Below, one piece after another: positions 24,079 through 36,944 of a stretch of DNA of 64,000 nucleotides. Source of the stretch: Bilabrum cf. latius (lineage: Eukaryota); NCBI GenBank assembly GCA_965178125.1, contig OZ237735.1:1240001-1304000 (forward strand), read 5' to 3'. How positions within the stretch are numbered: position 1 is the stretch's first letter; each line of letters opens with the position of its first letter. The position numbers were made by a program, and so were the translations under genes. The notes beneath the pieces were generated by a model. That model saw only the letters and a list, made by a program, of their open reading frames with translations, did not search any database and was not told the DNA's origin.

Positions 24079-25782
24079 ATGCTCAGGCGCGCGGTAGCTC
24101 GTACAAGCATCGCGCTTCATTTGCGCAGGGCTCAACGCTTGCAAGCTTCGCAACCATGCAGGTGGAGCACGAGCGACTTGCAGAAGCAGTTGCAGTAGGC
24201 GTGCGGGGGCGATTCGACAAGTGTCCTCGCAGATTCTGGAGATTTGAAGAAATATTCCACTGACTGGACAGGTACATTAGAAGGACAGGCCCGATTTGTG
24301 GTCAGACCGTCCACCACAGAGCAGGTACAGGCTGTGGTCGATGTATCCCGCCGCAATCAGCTGTCCATCATTCCGCAGGGCGGCAACACAGGCTTAGTAT
24401 GCGGATCAGTGCCAACTAGCACTGAAATTGTTCTCAGCCTAGAGAGAATGAACAAAATTCGTAGCATTGACCCTGTGTCAGGTGTTATAGTGGCTGAGGC
24501 GGGCGTAGTTCTTAGCGATCTGGACGAAGCCCTGCAGGCACACGAGTTTTGTGCTCCTGTTGACCTAGGAGCAAAGGGAAGCTGCCAAATAGGTGGTAAT
24601 ATTGCTACAAATGCGGGGGGCTTGCGATTTAAGAGATATGGGAGCTTGCATGGGACCGTGCTGGGCGTGGAAGCAATCGCAGGATCAGGTGAACGGCTGG
24701 ACATGCTTTCGGAGCTTCGCAAAGACAACACTGGGTACAGCGTTAAGGATCTCTTTATTGGTTCCGAGGGAAGCCTTGGTGTAATCACTGCAGTTAGCAT
24801 TGCTGCTCCGCGTTTGGCCCCCGTGCGCCAGGTGGCTCTGCTGGCCTGTCCCTCGTGGGAGGCCACTCTCTAGGCGCTGCAGTCTGCCAACCAGAAGCTG
24901 CAGGGCATTCTGTCTGCCATTGAGTTCTTCGATGCTGCAAGTATGGAGGTGCTGATGGGCTCTGATCGCCCGTTCGTTGTGCACCGCGTGCGGCAGGCAG
25001 ACGGCGACGAGCCGCCCACGTACGAGGAGGACGCGAGGGTTGCAACCAGCCTGGCACCGAACGAGCCGAGAGTCAGCGGGGTACGAGACCCGCTAGGAGA
25101 GCGATATCCGTTCTACGTGCTCGTTGAGACCCGCGGCGTCCGCAAGGACCACGACTCTGAGGTCCTCGAAGATTTCCTGTCGTCTGCTCTCGCGAAGGGT
25201 ACGGCGGACACGGGCGTCTTTGCCTCCAGCGAGGCCGAGGCGGACGAGCTGTTCGCCATTCGCGAGGGAATCACCACCGCCCTCACTGCGAGGGGTCCTG
25301 TACTGAAGTTTGACCTGTCCTTTCCCCGCACCCGGGACATGTACGGCCTCGTGGACTAGGCGAGGGAGTGGCTGCATCAGAGCACGAGGCAGCACGGCGT
25401 GATTGCGTGTGGGTACGGGCACCTCGGCGACAACAATCTGCATCTGAACGTGAGCGTGCCGAAAGGGGCAGGAATTGACGGCGGCATGGAGTGCAGGGAA
25501 CAGATTAAGGCAGCAGTGTATGACAGGGCGCATGCATGGACCGCGGCGCGAGGCGGGTCTATCAGCGCAGAGCACGGGCTGGGCACGTTGAAGAACCAGC
25601 TGCTGCCGGCCATCAAGCCGCGACCGGTATTGGAGGTAATGCAGCAGCTCAAGGCAGTGTTTGACCCGGACAATATCATGAACCCGGGCAGGGGCGTGCT
25701 GCATCCGGACACCCCTTTCGACGAGGCTGCCGCGGAGAGCTTCAGGAGTGCACTTGCCACAGAGAAGGAAGCAATGTCATGA
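24079..25782 (+). CDS. D2HGDH: D-2-hydroxyglutarate dehydrogenase, mitochondrial (FAD-linked oxidase); TAG read as Gln
   Basis: Motifs PQGGNTGLV, DLGAKGSCQIGGNIATNAGG, LRKDNTGY, FIGSEGSLGVIT, YGHLGDNNLHLN, GSISAEHGLG, FDPDNIMNPG in one frame across TAG 24196, 24871, 25357. Arg-rich transit-like N-terminus; ends TGA. Confidence 0.95.
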
Positions 25783-25896
25783 CAAATTGCGATAGAAGTC
25801 CAAATCACAAAAACGCTGTTCAATAACAAGGCACTGTAGTCCCATACCACACATAAAAAGATCGAAGTCACGAGCCCATGAGCACGTGCAACGTCA

Positions 25897-28800
25897 TCAG
25901 GTGGATGCATCCTCTGGCGGATGAGCGGCCTTGGGCGGTTGCTATGCCAGCTGGACATCGGCAGCAGACCCGGGCTCCACACCGAGTCTCCCTGCTCCGG
26001 CTCCAGTGCCAACGCCTGCAGCAGGAGCCCCGAGCTCTACCCCAGCCATCGATTCCACAACTCCAGCCACCTCAACCGCAGCCCCTGAGGCCAGCCTGCC
26101 TTCTTGCGGCGAGCTGCCAGCCGAGGACCCGCCAGCGAGCAGCCTCAGCGCCACGTCACGGCTGATTTCGTGGATGCTGTGCCGGCGGCCCCACTGGCTG
26201 GGCTTGCCTCTCCGCAGCGAGGGGGGCAGCTTCTCCATGCGGCGGCGCCAGCGAGCCAGCGCGCGACGGGCGAGGGCTGAAGGGGCCGGTTTCTTGGGCT
26301 TTCTCTGCGGTCGAACGAGACCGGCGCGGTGGGGCACCACAACGGAACCGCTCCGGGACAGTCCCACCCTCTTCCTCGCTGCCTGTATCACCACATCGGC
26401 CAAGCTGGGGGTTTTCCTGGCCAGTCCACTTCCGTTCCGAGGCGTACTGGCTGACCTTGCCGTGCCCTGAAGTGGCTTACTGCCTGCTTCACTGCCAGCG
26501 CCGACCCCATCGCGTGTGGATGTATGCCCACCACTACTCCCAGCACCACCTGACGACGCACTCAAAGCAGTTGGTATGGACTCCCCAGCGCCACTAGATG
26601 CAGCAGCTACCGACCCCGGCATGCCACCTCCTGCCAATTCAGCCTCCGATGTGGTGGCCATGTCCGAGTACCAGAACCCTTCCGCCATCCAATCGATCTC
26701 GTCTTCTTCCCCATCCTCATCCGCCGCTTCGCCGCCCAGAGCAGCTCCGAGCACGCCCGCCAGCCCTTCGTCAATGCCAGATATGCGCTTGTCCTGGGAT
26801 GCTTTTCCATGAGAACCCGGTGTGGGAACCTGCACGAGGTCCGCGACACTGTCTCGCACCTCGGCAACGTCGTCACACGAATCGGCTGACCCGCTGTTAC
26901 TGGGGGAGTGAGGCGCAGCTCGATTCCAGCCCGCATCTGCATCGGCCCACCGAGAAGAGGAGACGCCAGACACGACGCCTGGCTGCACGGTTCCCTCTGT
27001 GACCGCGTGGTGCTAGCCCTGGCGAGACTGAGTCGTCTACTGAGAGCCGTGCGAGTCGGTATCCCTGCTATCGACTCTGCCACCCCTGCTGCCCCCGCGC
27101 CCGAGAAGCAAGGTGGGCGGCTTGTACTCGGGCTCGCGTGGTTCCTCTGCTGGCTTTGGCGGAGCCATGAACAGCGAGGGCGCCTTGTACTCCGACTGGG
27201 GCGCAGGGGCCGGTGCGGGAGGCAGAAAGAGGGAAGGCGCCTTGTATTCACCTGAGGCGGGAGGACCAGGGACTGGCTTCAGCGCGGCTGTCACTTCCGA
27301 GCTGGTCGCGCCTCTGCCAGTGGATGCCGCAGCCCAGTCGTACGGGCCTCGGCTTGTCATGGCAGCAGAGGTCGGACCTTGACGGAGTGGCACATGCGGA
27401 TGGTTCGGAGGGGCGGGGGGGAACTGGACCGGCTGCACTGCAGGAGCCGCGGCGGTGCTGGCAACCGCCGTCTGCTCTGATTTCTCCCCTGGCGGCCCGG
27501 CCGGCCCGTACCCTCGTTTCCTCCACACAGCCAGCTTGGCCAGTGTCACCCGCGGGGGATTCGAGGCATCCAGTAGCTCGGGATACTCTCGCATGGTCAG
27601 GCTGTTCTGCCTTTTCCTGCTGGCAGCACCAGGTGCTGCACCTGTATTCGGATCTGCGCCCGACTGGTCGTCCCTCTGTGCAGATCCAGCCGAAGGCAGC
27701 AGACCGAGGGGCCTCACAGCGATAGTCTTTGGGTTGAGGGGCAGGATCTGCCTGGCCAGCCTGATGTCATCGTCCGTTAGGATGCCAGCCTAAAGCAGGG
27801 TAAGCTCGAACGCTTGCAGCTGCCGAAAAAATCCCAAGTTGGGCGAGGCCCCGGGGCGCGCAGTCTTGAGCACCAGGAAGGCCTCGCGGAGTGTCAGCCG
27901 CCGCGTGCGCATCAGCAGCGCGGTGCACACCGTGGCCGACCGACTCAGACCAGCGACACAGTGCACGAGCAGCGGCACGGCCGTGGCCATGCCTTCCTGC
28001 GCGCCCGCATCAGCAGAAGCACCCTCTCCTACGCTCGCGTCGCTGCTGGCACCCACGCTACCGGCTCTGTCTGCCCGCCTGCCCTGCCGTCGCCCATCGC
28101 CGGATTGCTCGCGCAAGAGGCCCTGGGCGCCCACGGTGGGTAGCCCGCCCCACGACCGACTCCGCTGGCCGGACCGCTGCAGGCGCCTCGGAGGTCCGAG
28201 GTCAGTTGACGGTGCCTCCTTCTGGTGGTATTTGCTTCGCAGTGCTCCCGCCTTTGGTGAGGATAGCTCGCCGCTGGATGACCCACGCCCTGGGCTTCCC
28301 CTCGGGCTTGCATCGTCATCGTCATCGTCATCGTTGTAGTCCTCCACGACCCGGACGTCGTCAAACTGAAGTTCGCCGCGCATGCCGTGCGTCTACGATC
28401 GTCCCCGCACAATGGCACTGGCTGAGGAAGTCGGAGGAAGCTAAGGCGATGCACCCAGCTACTCGTCACGATGATTTAAGTCATCGTCAGGGCAGGCCAT
28501 CGCTGGCGACCCGCTGCTTTCTTCACTATCGTGCTGCATGGCGAGCAAAGCATCGTGCCTCCTAGTCCTCTCCTTCTCGGGGTCCAGCAGCACGACCACC
28601 CTGGGGGCTCCTGCACGGATGGCCTTGCCCCTGAAGTCGCTCTGGCACTGGTTGGAGCTGCCGCTGCCGTACAACAGAGCTTCATTTCGGCTAGGCTGCG
28701 GCACGGCTGCACCAGGACTAGCAGCTGCAACCAAGGCGGAGCCCTTGGCCTCTACAGACTCGTGCTGATCTACGTCACCGTCAGTCTCGGCGGCACGGTT

Positions 28801-31335
28801 TGCAACGGCGTCGCTTTGGGCCTCCCCCTACCTGCCAGTTGCGTCATGCACGCCCTCACTAGCACCAATCGGGGTGGACATCACAACCGCTGGACCGGTG
28901 GTGATGTGGTAGATGCCAGAACCTTCGCTGCCGTCTGATGTTGCGACTGAGAGCATGGAAAGGTCGGACATGCGGTTGGGCCGCGATTCGTGCGCTCCGC
29001 CCTCGCGCCCCGCATCGCGCTTATTGCTGTCGCTCAAGCCGCGCACCAGCGGGGTGTGCTCGTCGTCCACATCGCTACCGCTTCCATCCTTCTCCTCCTC
29101 CTCCTCCTCCTCCTCGTCATCATCAGCCCCGCCCTCCTCGCCCTCCGAGTCATCGCCATCTCGCAGAGAACCCCCGGCGAGCAGGCTGTCCAGCAACGAG
29201 TGAGGCGCCGACTCGGGCTGCTTCGGCTGCTGTAGGTGCTACGAGCTGGCGGGACTCTCCTGGTTGCCTGCACTCGTCCCCTCTGTCGCCGCAGACATGG
29301 ACGCTGCCGCCACTGCGGAGGCCGACAGGGGATAATCCAGTTCCTCTTCGGTGTCCTGGCCGGCGGTGCCATCAGCTGCACTGCCAGCCAGCTCAGCAGG
29401 CGTCGAGACTCCCGTGGAATCAAAAGCATCGCTGTCGTGAGTCTGTGTCGTGGCTAAAGTCGCATCTGTTCCACGTCGGCTGACGTGGTGGCGAGGCCCC
29501 TCCCGTGTCCGACCAGGTGCAGCCAGGCCGCTCTGTGCGGCAGGCCGTCGCGCCTGCCTTCGCCTCGTGGCTGCCGCGCTGCGCTCGCTTGCACCTCCAA
29601 CTGGCAGCTCTTTAAGCCCACAGGCCGACGAGGAAGGGGCTTTCGCGTCAGACAGGCTCGCGAAACGGTAAAAGTACGGGTCGGCCGAAGAAGCGAATCC
29701 GAGATCCTGAGTGGGCACGTCGTGCGCGGAGACAAGCAGCACGTCGATGCTGCACCCGCGGGGCGGACGCACGTCCGTCGTCACGTTGATAACGCGCTGA
29801 ATGCCACGTGCCTCGAGCGCGGGCACATTATGCGCGGCCCGCTTGTCGCCGATGTACAGCCCTTCGCACACCCTGACTGGCAGCCCAGTGACAAGCTCGA
29901 TGCCAGCGCGGCGCTGCAGGTCCTGGGGAACACGAAGCAGCGGGTTGCGTTCCAGTTCAAGGACAAGGAGCCCCTAAAGATCCGCAAGCGCGTCGGGAAG
30001 CCTCTTGAGGTCATTGTCATTCGCTTTGAGCGTGGCAAGGCCGGTCAGCCCGCTGACAGTCGGCAGGATTTCCGACACCTTGCACCCTGAGATGTCGACG
30101 TACTGCAGCAGAGGCAGTTCTAGGCAGCCGTTGTTCCACTCAGCGCCGTCTCTGTCCCCATCGAAGTACGCGCACTCCCTCCCTCCCCGCTCACTCTGGC
30201 TTGCTGACCCCACCATCACCTTCCTTCGTCTGCTGAGCAGCCATGCAGGAGCCACGGGGGGGAATACTGATATCACGTTCTGTCTCCAGCGGGAGCTGCG
30301 ACCCCCCCGAGAATGCCTCGAGCTGACCGAAGCCGACCTGCCTCTCTCCCTCCCTAACCCAAGCCCTCGCCCACCTGCCCCCCCGGTCCCTCCGCCGCCT
30401 GCCAGAGCGTGCGAGGATGAGGACGACATGGTGCTATCGAAGGGCAGGAGCCCTCTACCAGACACGTTGTGGCCCCCATAGACATGAATTTGCGTCCCTG
30501 GCACTGGCGGGGCAGGCAGCTCGGAGGGGTGGAACGCGGTCTGCCTGTCGGAGTAGGCAGTGAGCAAATCGTCTCCGAGGTGCGGACGGACCTTGCGGGG
30601 CCGGGGTCCCCGCTCCCAGAACCCTGCACCAAGAGGGTTGCATTGAAGTTCTAGTCTTCGGAGGGATGTGCATGCCCACAACTCACCGGGCAGCTCTCTA
30701 AGGTTGTTGCTGCTGGCGTTCAGCGCCCCCAGCCGAGGCAGCAAGAACAGTTCCCGTGGCAGCTGCTCCAGCATGTTTCGGGACAAGTCCAGCGTCCGTA
30801 GCTATGCTTGCAACATAAATTGTGGCAGTACTGGGGCAGCAGACAGATGCGTAGAGGCCCGGTGCTCAGTCCTAGGAGAGAGCAGATTTATAGCCGAGAC
30901 TCCACCATGGTGCAGAGAGAGTTCCGAGGTAGGCAACGCACTGCTGGGCAAGCTGAGGCGAGCACTGCTAGACTAAATGTCTATCTCTTGCAAACCACAC
31001 CCGTCGAGACGAAGTTTCCTGAGGGACGTATTCTGACTGAGAACGTCCCTCAGCGTCCCAGGAGTAACACCATCACTAGAGCTGCGCAACGGCGATTAGG
31101 AGATAGTTAACAAGACCCTCAATAGTGGGCGAGACAAGTCGTACGTGCGATATCACGGACACATAGGAGCTGTTTAGCTGTTTTCGACACGTAAAGCGGC
31201 TCACTTGCACAGCGAGACAATGTCAGGCTTGCCATCGCCGCTTAGTTGAGCGCCGTTGGCAAATAACGACCGGCCCTGGTTGGGCAGAGCTAAACCATAC
31301 TCGAACATGTAACCATCCTAAATACCTGTTGCCAT
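25897..31335 (-). CDS. Leucine-rich-repeat + dual-specificity protein phosphatase; TAG read as Gln
   Basis: Seven co-framed ORFs joined by ~13 TAG. LRRs include LDLSRNMLEQLP and LPDALADL*GLLVLELERNPL. DSP motifs LYIGD..A, VINVT, HCVAGLSRSAT, PNLGFFRQL. Intron 31082-31204 (GTGAGC..CTAAT..GCAG); TGA 25897. Start 31308 or 31335. Confidence 0.85.
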
Positions 31336-31534
31336 ACAGCCGCTTAAGGAGCTCTCTATGTCACGAGAAAGAGTTTCCTCGATGTCAAGTAACGTGTGCT
31401 TTGTCAGCGACGGAACCGATTTGTGGCATCGAACGGCTCGACAGGCGTCAATCGAACAGAGAGAATCCCATCCGCGAAAGCCGCGTACATTGGAGTAGGT
31501 GAAGCTTAATAACTAGTCTTAAACTGATATCGCG

Positions 31535-33668
31535 ATGTCGTCTCGTGGATTCTTGTTCGGTAGCGGTTCCAGGACGAGGGGGTCTGATACCAGACGAAAT
31601 TTGCGATACGGCCAGGCAAGCACAACAGGAGGTAGCAGTGGCACTAGTGGAGCTTCTGGGCGATATGGATCATCCCCTCAACCGGGCGGAAGGGGCGTTG
31701 GGTCAAGCAGCAGAGGTGAATCGGGTACTTCTCGAGTTGGTCGATTGGGTGGTGCAAGACCAGCAGCAAGCAACGGGAGCGGTACAACCCGCCTTGGATT
31801 GCCTTCGCACGAACCAGGTTCCTCAAAACCGCTTCGTGCAGCTGCTAGCTTTCGTGTCGACGCGAGGTCTCCGACGTCGGTTGGATCTGGCTCCCCAGCA
31901 ATGGGCAGCATGTCCAGCTCAATGAAGAGGGCGGCATCGTTTCGGGACCGCGACATATCGAGGGGTTCTGGATCTGGGAAAGGCTCTGACATTGGTGGCG
32001 CAAAGCCTGGATTGTTTCGTAGTGGCACCAGCCGCTCTAGAACGCTAGGCGCTGCCTCACGTACCGCGTCGGGTCTAGGTCGCGGAACCGGGGCCTCTGG
32101 CAGCGGGGCAGCCTCCGGCAGGGCAGGGACTGCCAAGGGGGGATCTAGGGGCACAGGCTATCGCGCAGATCCCGGCGGGTCATCGTCTGCAGCAGCTTCG
32201 AAGAAGCGAGCAGGCGGTCTCGGTTCGAGCAAGGCGACGGGTGGAAGTGCTGGTACAGCTGCGAGTAGCCGATCGGGTCGTGTGACGGGCGCTGGTGGCA
32301 CTTCGTCAGCTGCGGGAGACAAGGCGACCGGTGCGGCAGGAGGGAAGGCATCCACGGCTACGAAGGGCGGCCTTGTTCGCCGCTCCCAGCTCGACTTTTC
32401 CCTTCGTGACCTCCGCTTAGAGAAGACGGTGGGCACCGGCACCTTTGGCAGGGTCCGGGTGGTGTTCCACCGCAGGAAGAAGAAATATTACGCCCTCAAG
32501 ATACTAAAGAAGAGCGAGGTGATCCGCCTGAAGCAGGTGGACCACATCAGGAACGAGATCAGGATCATGAGCTGCGTGGACCACCCCTTCGTAGTCAACC
32601 TCGTGGGCTTCATGCAGGACCGCAAGAGGATCTACATGCTGCTGGAATACGTCCCCGGGGGCGAACTGTTCACTCACCTGAGGGCCGTGGATAAGTTCAG
32701 CTCGGACGCGGCGAAGTTTTATTCGGCCGAGATCGCGCTTGCGTTCGAGTACCTGCACAGCTTCGACGTCATCTACAGAGACCTCAAGGTGAGAATGTGT
32801 CGGCGTCGCGATTCCCCCCGCCCTCACCCTTTCCTCCCACGCGCGGGCCATGTGGTCATCAGTTGTTTTCTCGTGTGTGCTGCCCCACGCTCCCACTCTA
32901 TCAGTAGTTGCTGCTTGCCACCCACCCCCCTCCCAAGCGACGCAGCCCGAGAACCTGCTCATCAGCAAACGCGGGCATATCAAAATCACCGACTTTGGAT
33001 TTGCCAAGGTCGTGAGGTCAGGTGATGCGACGTACACTCTCTGCGGAACACCAGGTGAGATACTATATTCGGTGACTGGAGGGCTCAAGTCCACTCGAAG
33101 ATTTGCTTGCTACGATCTACACAGCTGCTTCGTCAAGATTGTGCCAGGGCTCACCGCCCTCCGTTCCTACCCGTCGAATCCACTCGCACCTCTTCGACTT
33201 GTTGCAGAATACCTAGCCCCCGAGATCATCCAGAGCAAGGGCCACGACAGGGCGGTAGACTGGTGGGCGCTTGGCATCCTCATCTACGAGATGCTGGCAG
33301 GATACCCGCCCTACTTTGACGAGAGCCCTTTTGGAATCTACCAGAAAATCCTCGCCGGGAGGCTTAGTTTTACGAGGGATTTCTCGGACAATGCGAGGGA
33401 CTTGGTGCGCAAGCTGCTGAATCCAGACAGGACTCGAAGGCTGGGCTGCCTCCGGGACGGCGCCGCCGACATCAAGCGCCACCGGTGGTTTGCTAGGGTC
33501 AGCTGGGACGGGGTGAAGTCTCGCAGCATACCGCCCCCTTTCATCCCGAAGGTCTCCACGGACAACGACACGACGAATTTCGAGGACTACAGCGATTCGG
33601 ACGACGACACGGCCCGGGAGCTGTCGTCCAAGGAAGCCAGGCTCTTTGCGGACATGGACGACTTTTAA
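31535..33668 (+). CDS. cAMP-dependent protein kinase catalytic subunit (PKA-C/PRKX-like) with ~290-aa Gly/Ser-rich N-terminus
   Basis: GTGTFGRV, IRLKQVDH, YRDLK|PEN, DFGFAK, TLCGTP|EYLAPE, DWWALG, C-terminal F..F. Introns 32789-32945 and 33055-33207; ends TAA; no in-frame TAG. Confidence 0.95.
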
Positions 33669-33902
33669 CTCAGCTTCCCTCAGGATCCAAGGTATTGCCT
33701 CGGTGCGAGTGGCGCTTGCTTGCTGGTGGCTGATTTGGGGGTTTGCACGTGCGTTCGTGTGCCGTGGCTTCATTGCATGTGTGCGAAAAACCCCGGGCAT
33801 TGCCCCACATGGTATGAGAGACTGCTTGCATCGGTCAGGAACTTGATATCCACACTTCTTGCAGAGCAAAGCATGCTCGCTGCAGGCACCACCGGCAATC
33901 AA

Positions 33903-34951
33903 TCACAGCATGAATCCAATATCATCGTTCCGCGCACCGTCCCCAAAGTACACCCCCCCGAACTGAGCGGACCTCGCCTTGTGGAAGGCGGTGTATCCCG
34001 GCCACACGAAGCTTCGGAGGGTGGCTGTCCCTGTTGCTGCATCGAACCTTGCGCTCCAGCACCCCTTCGGCTGGTCCTCTGCCAGCGAGTCCATGAACTC
34101 GACGTCCTTCACGAGGTCTTTCTTCTCCAGGGCGCTCTTGGCCTCGAGGCCGGTGGCGCGCCTGAAGTGCAGGTAGGACGAGGCCTCCCCCGCCTCGGAG
34201 CCGCTCAGCCCCGCGAACACAGCATTTGGCTGCACCGTGCCCTCCGCCGAGAGAATAAAGGCCCCTCGTGGCACCACTGCGCAATCGTGGTCGATCTAGG
34301 CGACAACGTGGGCCAGGCGGTGGAACTCGCGGAACCGGATGGGCTTCGGCTTGGCGGGCAGAGGGTTGCCATCCTCGTCCTCTTCCGGCTCTTCGTCTTC
34401 CTCATCCTCCCCGTCCTCAGCTGCGACACGAAAAAGCAATCAAAAGTATAATTGCGCTCTAGTTGTCAGGAAGGCTTGCATATTGCCTAGCGCTTCGGTC
34501 CGGATACACCAACTCACCATCAGGTCCAAGAAGCGCGGTTGGATCGCCTTTGAAAACACCCTTCTCCGCAGCTGCCTTGGTTTCAAACTCTTCTGTCATG
34601 TCGGGGAAAGCTTGCAGCTCGTAAGCCTTCGTTGTGCTGCGAGAGTGAGTGGTGCACGAGACGGAGATCTGGACAGGATGGCTCATCCGGCCACCAACCA
34701 ATCGATGCGCTTGCAGTTTTCCGCCCTCACCATGCGTAGAACTACTTTCGTGGATAATCCATGGATGCGGGGTATCCAAAACAAATTAAATAATCTGCCT
34801 CCTCTCCAGTGATTCGGCCCCAAAGTAGCATCGTCTATAAATCCTCCTCGACGACACGCTTTCTCATCGCAGTCTGGAGGCCAGCTCTCTCCTCTACGCT
34901 GAGAGTTCTACCAGTTATTTCAGACATCTTCGGGAGTAAATCTAAATCCAT
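33903..34951 (-). CDS. RSPH9: Radial spoke head protein 9; TAG read as Gln
   Basis: Motifs LWGRITGEEADYLI, FKGDP, RLAHVVA*IDHDCAVVPRGAF, LRSFVWPGYTAFH, YFGDGARNDDIGFML. Introns 34421-34517 and 34637-34730; TAG at 34835, 34742, 34296; ends TGA. Confidence 0.92.
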
Positions 34952-35083
34952 CGTTTCCGCCTACAATCGGTGGACTGCACCTCACAACGGACACTGTGGT
35001 GGTTCCGTGTGCTTTGGACCAAATATCGGATTCTGGCATGCCCCCAATCCGCTCAAGTGTGAGCACTTGCTTGTAGGGTTTAT

Positions 35084-36820
35084 ATGCAGAATCAGGCATC
35101 TCATAAACGTGGAAACGCTTCAGCTAGGACTACGATAAGTGGAACTTAGATCGAAAGCAGCACATCTGCAGCGGGTTCAAATGTGGACCCAGCTGTGGTA
35201 CCATTGCCATCGGATAATTCGAGACAGGGGAGCGGCAGGGGTGAGCAAAGGCCAGGCACGAAGCGGGCCCGAGCAGTGCACAATAATATACCAAGTGCCC
35301 AGGTGGCGCAAGATTTTCTGGGTTTTGCTCTTTTGAAGCGACTGGAATGGGTGCTTGAAAGGAACGGGGTGCCTAGATCCTCTCCAACGTTTCGAGGAAT
35401 CGTGGATCAAGTGGGAATCCGTCTTCCAGGGCTCGTGTCAGCCTACGAGACGCTGCGATAGTCGGCTGTTGGAGCTGGACTTCCGATTCCATCGGCAGCA
35501 AGGCTGCCTCCTACTCTGGCAGGGTATGCGACAGATTTGGCCCACGCAGCAGAAGGCGGCCGGCTGCCCACACTGCCGTTGTCTGCCTCACGAACCGAGC
35601 AAGCAACTGCTTCAGTAGACTAGCCGGCCCACAAGCGGAGCCGCATCAGCGGCATGAAGGAATTAGCGGGGGCTGCAAGCTTGTCTGCAGATGGCCCGCA
35701 CCCTGGGCACTTTGCCGCAGCAGCGTCGAGGGTGACCGGCGGCAGCGGCAGCACGAGCAGCGCCAGCACCGGCGCAGGCACACAGCTGACCGCCCGACAA
35801 CTTTACACAGAGGAAGGTGATCAAGAGTACAAGGCCATGCAGGCGGGGCAAGGGGGGGGAGACAAGCACGAGCATGAGCACGAGCACGAGCACGAGGAGG
35901 ACTAGGACTAGGACTAGGACTAGAGCGGGGCCTCGTCCCCAACCGGGTCTCGCATGGGGGAGAGCACCAGCCGATCGATCCCAGCCGCTGTTCCCTGGGT
36001 GTGCCCCTTCTGCGACAAGACTATCCTGCGTAAGGGAGTCGGGCCCCGGGCCCGCCACCTCGGCCAGGTGCACGCCGGCAGGGTCGGTCCCAAGGTGGAA
36101 CAGGCCTTTGCCCAGGCAAACATGCTGAACCAGTACCACGCATACGCGTCAGGAAGGAAGGCGGATGTGTCACTGGGGATCCCTGCCAGCGACACGGTCC
36201 GCTCGCGACTGGGATCCAACCTGCTCAAGATGTACGAAGACGCCGTTCTGCTGCAGATCCAGGATCCGGGGAACTACCCCGACCTCGTGCAGCTCCTGCG
36301 GATGGCCGACCTGATCGACCGCAGGTCGGGGGGCATGCCCCTCTTGTACTCCATCAGCAGGGCCAGGCCATCGGGCAGGTTGGCCTATCAGGAGCTGGGC
36401 TGGGACTGGGCCGTGGGCCACCTGAGGCAGCACACGGGGATGGCCAAGCCAGGGAGCAGCAGTGCTGCCGCGTCACAGGGGATGCAGGGGCAGGGGCAGG
36501 GGCAGGGACAGCAACAACAGCAAGGACAGCAGGCTTCGGTCGTTAGTGCAGGCGCTATGCATGCAGGCTCAGGCACGACAGGTGCGGCTGGAGTGCCCTC
36601 CTCTGGTTTGACTTCCTATTCCTCCTCGTCCGCTGTTGCCCCCTCCAGTGGTGCTCCGAATGGTGCTTTTCCGATGGGAATGGGGCTGACTATGGCACAT
36701 CCAGCAACGAGCCAAGGCATACCTGGCGCTGGAAGTCACGTGCACGGCATCGAGGGACGAGCGGCTGCGGCTGCGGCTGCTGCTGCTGCAGCGCGTGCCT
36801 ATCACTAGCAGCACAGCTGA
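35084..36820 (+). CDS. Hypothetical protein with a single C2H2-like finger and Gln/Ala-rich tracts (putative regulator); TAG read as Gln
   Basis: ORFs 35183..35461, 35654..35905 and 35954..36808 are co-framed, 8 TAG, TGA at 36818-36820. Finger-like CPFCDKTILRKGVGPRARHLGQVH. Confidence 0.65.
35900..35923 (+). repeat. Coding microsatellite (GAC TAG)x4 = (Asp-Gln)x4 under the reassigned code
   Basis: gactaggactaggactaggactag in frame directly after a (CAC GAG)-type His-Glu repeat. Confidence 0.9.
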
Positions 36821-36944
36821 TGTGCATGCATTTTTTTAAATTACCTTTGAAGTTGCGATGCTTTGCTTGTCTACTGGAACACTGCCAGCTCCGGGTCCGT
36901 TGGGGCGTCCAGGTGCAACTCCGTGCGTGGCACATCAATCGCTC

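Noticed and set aside
24871-25359. TAGs as 3' ends of tiny introns
   Set aside because: No consistent upstream GT donors, and the flanking residues align continuously with the domain (e.g. WEATL*ALQSANQKLQGILSAIEFFD). The real introns here are 84-180 nt with clear donors.
34296-34298. UAG as pyrrolysine, Leu or Glu
   Set aside because: TAG is spread over unrelated proteins at non-catalytic sites; aligned columns and poly-Gln context favour Gln, though this is not formally computed.
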